Of a DNA stretch of 64,000 bases, positions 56,810-64,000 are shown one piece after another (the stretch's first letter is position 1; every line of letters begins with the position of its first letter). A model generated the notes under the pieces. The model was not told the origin of the DNA and did no database searches. It worked only from the letters and a program-made list of their open reading frames with translations. The DNA comes from Candidatus Binatia bacterium (GTDB taxonomy: Bacteria > Desulfobacterota > Binatia > UBA9968 > CAXXLF01). The DNA lies in the NCBI GenBank assembly GCA_963664015.2, contig CAXXLF010000001.1, forward strand, positions 866,704-930,703, given 5' to 3'. A program made the translations under genes and the position numbers.

Positions 56810-58081
56810 TTACTCATAACGAATGACCTCCACAGGATCCAATGTAGCCGCCTGCCGCGCCGGGTAGATACTGGCAAGCAAACAGATGACAAATGAAGCC
56901 AATCCCACCGCCAGGAAGTGAAGAGCGGATATCCGGACGGGAACGGTAGAAACGAGAAAGACGTCCTGAGGAAGCTCGATAAATTGGTACTCCTGAATAA
57001 GAAGACAGATCCCATAACCCAGAAGCACCCCGAGGAGTGTTCCTACCACTCCGATAATGCATCCTTTGAGCAGGAAAATTCTCCGGATGCTACTACGGCT
57101 CGCACCCATGGACCTGAGAACCGCAATGTCCCGTCGCTTTTCCATCACCATCATGATGAGTGTGGATACGATGTTAAACGCCGCTATCAGGACCATAAGC
57201 AGTAGCACAAGGATATAAACCCATCGTTCCAGGCGCAGGGCCGAGAAGAGATTCGGCCACAAGCGGGTCCAGTCCTCTGCCAGATAGGGAAATCCCATCC
57301 GTCGCTGAATCCCACCGGCAACCTCCTGGGCTTTTTTCACATCGCGCACTCGAATCTCTATGCTCGTGACCGTATCCCCCAACACGAAAAACCGCTGAGC
57401 GTCGACAAGATTCATGAAGACAAGGCTGCGATCATACTCGTGCATTCCCGAATCAAATAGGCCAACAACCGCATAGCGTCTAACCTTTGGAACCAACCCC
57501 ATGGCCGTCGGGTTACCCAGAGGAGAAATAACTTGGAGCGGATCCCCCAACATCACCCCGAGTTCCTGCGCCAATCGCTCTCCCAGGATGAGGCCGGGAA
57601 GTTCCATGTCCCGGCCATCAATACGAACAGTCCGACGCAGCTTCAAGTCTTCAAGCCGCCCCTCTTTGATCAGGGGCTTGATCGTTATGACCCGATTGGC
57701 TGTGCTGGGGTCGATCCCCCGGACCATGACCCCGGACACCCGGCTTCCAGACGTCAAAATCACCTGACCGTAAACCATCGGTGTCGCCGCCAAGACTCCT
57801 TCTTCATCGGCGACTCGTTCGGTTAATTTCTTATAGTCGACGATCGCGTCCCCCGACTTGACCAGAACGATGTGGGAATTGATTCCCAGCAATCGGTCGC
57901 GCAGCACTTCCTCAAAGCCCGTCATGACCGAAATAACCACCGTGAGTGTCATGACGGCAATCATAACCCCCAGGATCGATATCATCGAGAGAACGGAAAT
58001 AAAGGTTTCTCGACGCCGGGCCCGTAGGTACCTGAGACCGACGAACAATTCGTATTTCATAGCGAAGGCCTTAGGCCTCAC
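56810..58081 (-). CDS. lolC: Lipoprotein-releasing system permease LolC/LolE
   Basis: FVGLRYLRARRRETFIS N-terminus, large periplasmic MacB-like domain and C-terminal FtsX region. GTG 58081 overlaps the lysS stop (GTGA); ATG 58060 is an alternative. Confidence 0.85.
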   Translation of the reverse strand: MRPKAFAMKYELFVGLRYLRARRRETFISVLSMISILGVMIAVMTLTVVISVMTGFEEVLRDRLLGINSHIVLVKSGDAIVDYKKLTERVADEEGVLAATPMVYGQVILTSGSRVSGVMVRGIDPSTANRVITIKPLIKEGRLEDLKLRRTVRIDGRDMELPGLILGERLAQELGVMLGDPLQVISPLGNPTAMGLVPKVRRYAVVGLFDSGMHEYDRSLVFMNLVDAQRFFVLGDTVTSIEIRVRDVKKAQEVAGGIQRRMGFPYLAEDWTRLWPNLFSALRLERWVYILVLLLMVLIAAFNIVSTLIMMVMEKRRDIAVLRSMGASRSSIRRIFLLKGCIIGVVGTLLGVLLGYGICLLIQEYQFIELPQDVFLVSTVPVRISALHFLAVGLASFVICLLASIYPARQAATLDPVEVIRYE

Positions 58082-59562
58082 TTCTGAGGTCGGAGCAATG
58101 GGAAAAGGATAACATCTCGAATGGAAGGAGAGTCGGTGAAGAGCATCACCAGTCGATCGATACCGATGCCCTCGCCTGCTGCCGGTGGCATGCCGTACTC
58201 CAAAGCCCGCAAATAATCTTCGTCCATAGCGTTGGCGGTCTCGTCTCCGGCGATTCGAGCCGCCATTTGTTGGGTGAAGCGTTCCCGCTGATCCAAGGGA
58301 TCGTTTAATTCGGAAAAGGCGTTGGCCAATTCCCTCCCCCCTATGTAGAGTTCGAAGCGATCCACGAAGTTCGGGTTGGCCTCGTTTTTTCTAGCCAGGG
58401 GTGAAATCTCCAGAGGATAACCAACGATAAAGGTCGGTTGAATCAATTTAGATTCTGCAACCTCTTCAAAGATCTCCACCAGCAATTTTTCATAGGATAA
58501 CCCGGGCTCCGGTGACAGTCCCTTTTCCTTGGCAAAGAGCTGGAGCCCTTTGAGTCCCACCACCTTCTCTCGATCCACCCCACCGTATTGCGAAATAGCA
58601 TCGACCAAAGACAATCGACGCCAAGGCCGCGTTAGGTCAATCTCATGGCCATCGCATGTCAATTTCGTGCTGCCTTTAATGTCTTCAGCCAGAGCAACGA
58701 ACAGTTCCTCGGTCAACTCTATGAGATCCTCGTAGTTCGCATAGGCCTGGTAGAACTCCACCATGGTGAACTCGGGATTGTGACGAACGGAGATCCCTTC
58801 ATTGCGAAAGCTCCGATTCACCTCAAAGACTCGCTCCAGACCGCCGACCAGGAGACGCTTCAAATAAAGCTCGGGAGCTATCCTCAGGTACAAATCCAAA
58901 TTCAATGCATTATGGTGGGTGGTAAACGGTTTGGCAGCCGCGCCGCCCGCAATGGATTGCATCATTGGGGTTTCGACTTCGAGGAACCCTCTCTCCTCAA
59001 AAAAGTTACGCAACATACGGATGATCCGAGACCGTGTCTGAAATAGCTCCCTAACTGCTGGGTTGACGATAAGGTCCAGGTACCTCTGCCGGTACCGCAA
59101 TTCGACGTCAGCCAGACCATGCCATTTTTCAGGTAGGGGATGCAGGCACTTGCTAAGGAGACGAAGCCCATGGGCCTCCAGCGTTAACTCTTTGGTCTTG
59201 GTACGGAATAAGGTTCCAGAAACACCAACAATGTCTCCTATGTCCAAAGACTTGAATAGGGCGTAACCCTCTTCCCCTACACGGTCCTGCCGAACATAGA
59301 CCTGAAGCTTCCCGCCCCGGTCCTGAAGATGAAAGAAAGAGGCCTTGCCAAAAGAGCGAACCGCTACGATCCGACCGGCCAGAGAGAATTTTTGCGTCGG
59401 GTTGTTGAGCTGGTCATTGGGGACCGAATCGAAACGAGAATGAATATGCGACGTGACTTGATCTGGACGAAAATCATTGGGGTAAATGGAGACACCGGAT
59501 TCTTTCAGCTTCATCAGCTTATTCCGGCGTACCTCAACCTGCTCGTTAGCATCCTCCATCAC
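58078..59562 (-). CDS. lysS: Lysine--tRNA ligase (class II)
   Basis: OB anticodon-binding domain (GRIVAVRSFGKASFFHLQD..GKLQVY). Class II motifs FLEVETPMM, FRNEGIS.RHNPEFTM.E and GGIGIDRLVM. Confidence 0.93.
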   Translation of the reverse strand: MMEDANEQVEVRRNKLMKLKESGVSIYPNDFRPDQVTSHIHSRFDSVPNDQLNNPTQKFSLAGRIVAVRSFGKASFFHLQDRGGKLQVYVRQDRVGEEGYALFKSLDIGDIVGVSGTLFRTKTKELTLEAHGLRLLSKCLHPLPEKWHGLADVELRYRQRYLDLIVNPAVRELFQTRSRIIRMLRNFFEERGFLEVETPMMQSIAGGAAAKPFTTHHNALNLDLYLRIAPELYLKRLLVGGLERVFEVNRSFRNEGISVRHNPEFTMVEFYQAYANYEDLIELTEELFVALAEDIKGSTKLTCDGHEIDLTRPWRRLSLVDAISQYGGVDREKVVGLKGLQLFAKEKGLSPEPGLSYEKLLVEIFEEVAESKLIQPTFIVGYPLEISPLARKNEANPNFVDRFELYIGGRELANAFSELNDPLDQRERFTQQMAARIAGDETANAMDEDYLRALEYGMPPAAGEGIGIDRLVMLFTDSPSIRDVILFPLLRPQK

Positions 59563-59833
59563 TACTCCCTCACCGCTGGGGAATCCTCACGGGATCCCGT
59601 TCTATTCGTAGAAGAATTTCACACTGTATAAGAAATACCACAACTGAACTCAAGTGGCCAACCTAAGACGGGTTCCGGAGTCGACTTCTCTCCCCGGCAG
59701 GTTGATGAAGTTGGGAGGTGCCATCCAGGATAGTGCCTGACACTAGCGGACGGTCAGAGTGCCGGGGGCTGGCTGGACGTGGAACGGTGGACGTTAAAAA
59801 CGCAATAGTATTGGTGCGATTGTGAAAGGTTCG

Positions 59834-59866
59834 GATGGGTGGGAGGCGAGGCTCCGCACGCCCATC
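59834..59866 (-). terminator. Long imperfect hairpin overlapping the Rieske gene stop codon (no U-tract)
   Basis: The minus strand reads GATGGGcGTGcGGAGcctcgcCTCCCACCCATC, roughly 13 paired positions by eye, followed by CGAACCTTTCAC rather than a T-run. Confidence 0.3.
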
Positions 59867-60173
59867 AGACCTCGACTTCGATGTCGTCTCCCTCGACGCG
59901 GGTGTTATATTGGGCGACGCCGTCGGCCGCCGGACTGCTCAACACCGCTCCGGTAGTAATATCGAAGGTTGCACCATGCCACGGACAAGCCACTTGCGTC
60001 CCTTCGAGGATCCCCTCCGATAGCGGCCCGCCACGATGAGTGCAGGTATCATCAATTGCGTAAAACGATCCGTCCACGTTGAACAACGCAATTTTCTTCC
60101 CGCTGGTTTCCACCATTTTACCCTGCCCCGGGGACAGATCGCTTGCCTTTGCAACCTTTACAAATTCCGCCAT
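59865..60173 (-). CDS. Rieske [2Fe-2S] ferredoxin-like protein
   Basis: Rieske ligands CTHRGGPL (box 1) and CPWHGATF (box 2). 102 aa, at the distal end of the suf cluster. Confidence 0.8.
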   Translation of the reverse strand: MAEFVKVAKASDLSPGQGKMVETSGKKIALFNVDGSFYAIDDTCTHRGGPLSEGILEGTQVACPWHGATFDITTGAVLSSPAADGVAQYNTRVEGDDIEVEV

Positions 60174-60240
60174 AGCGCTATTGTCTCCTTTTCCCGTTAT
60201 TCTTTGACAGGCTCACACCCAGCCACACCGACAGATCCTA

Positions 60241-60597
60241 TCACATTCCCATTTGAAGCTTAGCCGCCTCGGACATCTTGCTCGGGTCCCAGGGGGGATC
60301 CCATACGATCTCAACGTGGACATCCGTCACCCCCGAGATATTTGAAATTTTGCTTTTGACTTCTTCCGGTATCGATTGGGCAGCGGGACAATTGGGCGAG
60401 GTGAGAGTCATGGTCACAGTGACCGTACCCGTTGACCCCACATCGACACCGTAGATCAACCCCAGCTCATAGATATCCACTGGGATCTCCGGGTCGAAGC
60501 ACGTCCGTAGACTCTCCATCACCTGCTCCTCGACAACGAGGCTATCAATCATTCCCATATAATTCCTTCTAGCGGATGACACGATGGCTTCATTCAA
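60241..60597 (-). CDS. DUF59/MIP18-family Fe-S assembly protein (SUF-associated)
   Basis: CFDPEIPVDIYELGLIY...LTSPNCPAA...VWDPPWDPSKMSE is the canonical DUF59 pattern. ATGA overlap with the upstream gene. Confidence 0.75.
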   Translation of the reverse strand: MNEAIVSSARRNYMGMIDSLVVEEQVMESLRTCFDPEIPVDIYELGLIYGVDVGSTGTVTVTMTLTSPNCPAAQSIPEEVKSKISNISGVTDVHVEIVWDPPWDPSKMSEAAKLQMGM

Positions 60598-61145
60598 AGA
60601 ATTCCGAACTCGAGCTTGCCAGCCCCCGAAATCATGCTCTGATCCCAGGGCGGGTCCCAGACCAGCACCACGTCGACCTCCTCGATCCCGGGTACATCGA
60701 GGAGCTTACTGTGGATCTCCTCCCTGAACACGTCTCCCATTCCGCAACCTGGCGCCGTCGAGGTAACCTTGACCTCGACCTTGTTCCGACTACCGGGCAA
60801 AGGAACAATTTGACAATGATAAACTAAGCCAAGATCAACGATATTGATAGGAATATCGGGGTCGAAGCACATTTTAAGCTGATCCCACACCTGACTCTCA
60901 AGGTCCCCAGAGCTCGTCCCACCAGCCTTGATTGAGACCGGAGCGGTTGCTTCTATCCCCAGGGCATCGGCGTCTTTCGCGGCCATGCGGACCATCTCAC
61001 CGCGGTCGGTGGTCACCGTGGTCCCGCCACCATGGGACTGAGCGACCCAGACCCGACTTTCAGCAGGAAGGGTAATCCTCTTACCACTAGGGATCTGAAC
61101 CGCTTCACAGGCGCGGCTCAGCGTGATCGGCTCGTTACTATTCAT
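60594..61145 (-). CDS. sufT: SufT-like Fe-S assembly protein (N-terminal extension + DUF59)
   Basis: C-terminal half CFDPDIPINIVDLGLVY...STAPGCGMG...VWDPPWDQSMIS. The ~85 aa N-terminal domain is as in long SufT proteins. Confidence 0.7.
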   Translation of the reverse strand: MNSNEPITLSRACEAVQIPSGKRITLPAESRVWVAQSHGGGTTVTTDRGEMVRMAAKDADALGIEATAPVSIKAGGTSSGDLESQVWDQLKMCFDPDIPINIVDLGLVYHCQIVPLPGSRNKVEVKVTSTAPGCGMGDVFREEIHSKLLDVPGIEEVDVVLVWDPPWDQSMISGAGKLEFGIL

Positions 61146-61180
61146 CTCTCCGACTCCCTCAAGATTTTACAGAGATCCGA

Positions 61181-61651
61181 CTAGGATCCACTTTCTTCTT
61201 CCGTCGATGCAATCTTTTTTTCGCCTTTCAAAGCAGAAACCAAAGTATGCCAGGAAAGGGTAGCACACTTCACGCGAGCTGGGAATTGGGAGACACCGGA
61301 CAGTAGAGACAATTTTTTGAGATCCGGATTCTCACCCTGACATTCCTGTTCACCCACGAATATTTTGTGGACCAGATCGAAGAGGGCCTGTGCCTCAGCT
61401 TCTGTTTTTCCCTTCAGGGCATCGGTCATCATGGATGCTGACGCCTTAGAAATCGCGCACCCCATACCCTGAAAGCTGATCTCCTGGATGACTCCACCGT
61501 TAAGTCGCACATAAACGGTCACCTGATCCCCGCACAGTGGATTATAACCGTCCGCCGACCGGTTTGCGTCTTCCAACTTTCGAAAGTTGTGAGGACTCTT
61601 GTTATGGTCCAGGATTACCTCCTGGTAGAGTTCGCTCAAATCGGACATCAA
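61181..61651 (-). CDS. sufU: SUF-type NifU/IscU-like scaffold/sulfur acceptor SufU
   Basis: LYQEVILDHNKSPHNF...NPLCGD...GMGCAISKASASMM...C-terminal conserved Cys (VKCATLSW). Confidence 0.85.
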   Translation of the reverse strand: MMSDLSELYQEVILDHNKSPHNFRKLEDANRSADGYNPLCGDQVTVYVRLNGGVIQEISFQGMGCAISKASASMMTDALKGKTEAEAQALFDLVHKIFVGEQECQGENPDLKKLSLLSGVSQFPARVKCATLSWHTLVSALKGEKKIASTEEESGS

Positions 61652-62919
61652 TCGAATACCTCGATGACTCTATGCAACCCACGTACCAGCGCATCCAGTT
61701 CCTCTTTGGTATTGTATAAGGCCAGTGAGGCTCTCGCCGTAGCTGGCACCCCAAAACGCTGCATCACCGGCATGGCGCAATGATGACCGGTACGGATGGC
61801 AATCCCTTCCCGATCCAAGATCGTACCAATGTCGTGAGCATGGATCTCACCCAGAACGAATGACAGGACCCCGGCCTTGTTCTTCGCCGTCCCTACCCTT
61901 CGTAAACCTGGAACCTCCGACAGCGCTTCTGTTCCGTAGGAAAGGAGCTGGCTCTCATAGACCTCAATTGCGTCCAGTCCAATTTCATTGACGTAATCAA
62001 CGGCCGCACCCAATCCGATGACGCCGGCGATATGAGGGGTTCCCGCCTCGAATTTATACGGCAGGACATTATAATGAGTCTTTTCGAAGGTCACCAGGCT
62101 TATCATGTCCCCACCACCCTGGTATGGAGGCATAGCCTCGAGCAACTTGGCTTTACCGTAGAGCACACCGATCCCGGTGGGACCAAACAACTTGTGTCCG
62201 GAAAAGGCGTAAAAATCACAACCCAGGTTACGGACATCCACCTTCATATGGGGAGCGGCCTGGGCTCCGTCGACGAGGACCGGGATATCGTATCGATGGG
62301 CCTCATCGACCATCTGGCGAATCGGATTGATGGTACCAAGGGCATTGGACACATGAGTGATTGCAACCAGCCTTGTTCGGTCATTCAGCAGACTCGTGTA
62401 TTCACCCAACAATAGCTCACCGTCGTTGTTGATGGGAATGACGCGGAGCCGGGCTCCTACTTGTTCGCAAAGGATTTGCCAAGGGACGATGTTGGAATGA
62501 TGTTCCATGGCAGAGATGACGATCTCGTCGTCTTTCTTGATAAAGCTCCGGCCGTAGCTCTGAGCCACAAGATTGATGGCCTCGGTGGTGCCACGTACAA
62601 ATATGATCTCCCGAGTGTCTGAAGCGTTGATAAAATTCCTGATCTTCTCGCGCACGTTTTCGTAATCCTGCGTCGCCTGCTCGCTAAGGTGGTGAACCCC
62701 CCTATGTATGTTGGAGTTTTCAGAAGTATAATAACCGTTAAGGGTATCGATCACAGATTTAGGCTTCTGGCTCGTAGCCGCGTTGTCCAGATAGACCAGC
62801 GGCTTGCCATGAATCGTTTGACCGAGAATCGGGAAATCCTTGCGCACACGCTGAACGTCCAGAGACTGGGGCGTGTCTTTCCACGAATCGGGCACACTAT
62901 TTTGACTTCCGGTGGTCAT
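61648..62919 (-). CDS. sufS: Cysteine desulfurase, SufS subfamily (class V aminotransferase, group II)
   Basis: VYLDNAATSQKP, HHSN, SGHKLFGPTGIGVLY (PLP lysine) and RTGHHCAMP (catalytic Cys loop). Confidence 0.9.
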   Translation of the reverse strand: MTTGSQNSVPDSWKDTPQSLDVQRVRKDFPILGQTIHGKPLVYLDNAATSQKPKSVIDTLNGYYTSENSNIHRGVHHLSEQATQDYENVREKIRNFINASDTREIIFVRGTTEAINLVAQSYGRSFIKKDDEIVISAMEHHSNIVPWQILCEQVGARLRVIPINNDGELLLGEYTSLLNDRTRLVAITHVSNALGTINPIRQMVDEAHRYDIPVLVDGAQAAPHMKVDVRNLGCDFYAFSGHKLFGPTGIGVLYGKAKLLEAMPPYQGGGDMISLVTFEKTHYNVLPYKFEAGTPHIAGVIGLGAAVDYVNEIGLDAIEVYESQLLSYGTEALSEVPGLRRVGTAKNKAGVLSFVLGEIHAHDIGTILDREGIAIRTGHHCAMPVMQRFGVPATARASLALYNTKEELDALVRGLHRVIEVFD

Positions 62920-62943
62920 TGGGTGATGCCAGGGCTGTGTTGT

Positions 62944-64000
62944 CTACTGCAAACGCGTAAGAAGCGTCTCTTCCAGCCAACTCCGGGTCCGTTCCAATCG
63001 GATTCGGCCCACGACCTCACTGGCAAAGGCATAGGTCAAAAGCGCTCTCGATTCCTCTAACCCGATACCCCGGGACCGCAGGTAAAAGAGACTATTGGGA
63101 TCCAGTTGCCCGACCGATGAACCATGGCTACATTTGACATCGTTATTGTAAATCTCCAACTGGGGTTTGGTATCAATGCTGGCACCTTCGGAGAGCAGCA
63201 GGTTCTTATTGGTCTGCTTCGCATCGGTCTCTCTCGCGTCCGGATGAACGTAGATCTTGCCGTTAAAAACCCCCCTTGACTTACCCGCTAACACTCCTTT
63301 ATAGAGCTCCCTGCTCGTACAATGGGGTTTGACGTGATCCACTCGCGTGTGATGGTCGACGTGTTGATTCCCATCTGCCAAGTAGAGACCGTTGAGCGTG
63401 CAATCGCACCCTTCACCGTCCAGTACAGCGTTCAAATCATTACGTGCTAGAACACCCCCCAAAGCAACCGAATGAGACAAGAAGCTGCTGCCACTGTCCT
63501 GATGGATCTGCAGGGTCGCCACGTGGAACGCCTGCCGGCTTTCCCGCTGCAACTTGATATGCTCGACCACCGCGTTCTCGCCCATCACGACTTCAGTAAC
63601 CGCGTTGGTAAAATAGGCCTCATCGTCCATCCCCACATAGCTTTCCACCACGGTAACCTGACTGTTGGACTCGGCTACGATCAAATTTCGTGGATACGAC
63701 GCACTCGCCTCGTCCTGACCGGTGGAGAGATACAACAGGTGAATGGGCTCATGGAGAACCGCGCCCTGGGGCAAATAGATGAACGCACCGTCTTTCATCA
63801 AGGCCGTATTAAGGGCGACAAAGGCCTGCTCCTGATAACTGGCGTAACGGGCCCAATGGGAGTCCACCCCTGCCACAGCGCCACCCATGGCCGCCGTGAG
63901 GCTACCGGCCAGGATTTGCTCGGGTAAACGCGTCACCGACGAATGCTCAGGAGCGTAGTAACCATTTATGAAAACAAGCCGATTCTCCGTTTTAGCGTCC
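62944..64000 (-). CDS. sufD: Fe-S cluster assembly protein SufD (5' end beyond window)
   Basis: The reading frame stays open to the window edge (DAKTENRLVFINGYYAPEHSS upstream of the tracked GTG). The beta-helix region with N.L.LSEGA.IDTKPQLEIYNDDVKCSHGSSVGQLD is the typical SufB/SufD signature. Confidence 0.85.
   Translation of the reverse strand, partial: DAKTENRLVFINGYYAPEHSSVTRLPEQILAGSLTAAMGGAVAGVDSHWARYASYQEQAFVALNTALMKDGAFIYLPQGAVLHEPIHLLYLSTGQDEASASYPRNLIVAESNSQVTVVESYVGMDDEAYFTNAVTEVVMGENAVVEHIKLQRESRQAFHVATLQIHQDSGSSFLSHSVALGGVLARNDLNAVLDGEGCDCTLNGLYLADGNQHVDHHTRVDHVKPHCTSRELYKGVLAGKSRGVFNGKIYVHPDARETDAKQTNKNLLLSEGASIDTKPQLEIYNNDVKCSHGSSVGQLDPNSLFYLRSRGIGLEESRALLTYAFASEVVGRIRLERTRSWLEETLLTRLQ

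Noticed and set aside
59764-59864. The plus-strand string GGGGCTGGCTGGACGTGGAACGG resembles the 5' end of tmRNA (GGGGCUGAUUCUGGAUUCGACGGG).
   Set aside because: No tag-reading-frame region is present. There is no T-arm/acceptor 3' end (GGTTCGA...CCACCA). Only ~100 nt remain before the Rieske CDS on the opposite strand, far short of a ~350-nt tmRNA.
1-64000. Search by eye for CRISPR repeats, IS/transposase or integrase-flanked islands, toxin-antitoxin pairs, restriction-modification or other defence modules, tRNA/rRNA genes.
   Set aside because: None found. The only recombinase is a canonical XerD in a housekeeping context. No repeated spacer-like arrays, no terminal inverted repeats and no tRNA-like T-loop/acceptor motifs were noticed. 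A computational scan (tRNAscan-SE, CRISPR finders, ISfinder, Rfam) would be needed to be certain.

Overview
This window looks like ordinary core chromosome of a diderm (Gram-negative) bacterium, moderately GC-rich by eye. Gene content (LpxI, SufU/SufT, Thermotoga-type DAHP synthase) hints at a non-enterobacterial lineage, but I cannot name the taxon. About 55 of roughly 60 genes lie on the minus strand in tightly packed, often overlapping operons. In coordinate order (the minus-strand genes are transcribed right to left):
- xerD-glnD-amiC-mutS, with a MerR-like gene directly upstream of mutS.
- A small plus-strand islet holding a VOC/glyoxalase gene and a decayed solute-binding-protein pseudogene.
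- An uncharacterised AAA+/vWA pair.
- HIT-ihfB-sppA-rpsA-cmk and the aromatic amino acid operon (aroA-tyrA-DAHPS-hisC-pheA).
- miaA-mutL, ubiD, and spoT-gmk-yicC.
- A very large envelope supercluster: ADP-heptose genes, LPS inner-core transferases and kinases, lpxK-waaA-msbA-lpxB-(Gfo/Idh/MocA)-lpxI-lpxA-fabZ-lpxD-skp-bamA, and lolDC.
- lysS and the distal half of a suf operon (sufD-S-U-T-DUF59-Rieske).

I found no CRISPR array, transposon, prophage, tRNA/rRNA gene or recognisable defence island, and no convincing novel multi-gene system. The most unusual observations are:
- Four genes, including the core DAHP synthase, are interrupted by frameshifts or nonsense codons. Three of the indels sit at homopolymer runs.
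- A MerR-family regulator is apparently operonic with mutS.
- An apparently exported bifunctional-nuclease-fold/PDZ fusion protein.
- The orphan AAA+/vWA pair.
- Some LPS-cluster peculiarities: a KdkA-like plus a WaaP-like kinase, a degenerate GT2 paralogue, and a GnnA-like oxidoreductase.

All functional calls come from reading motifs in the supplied translations. No database search was run.
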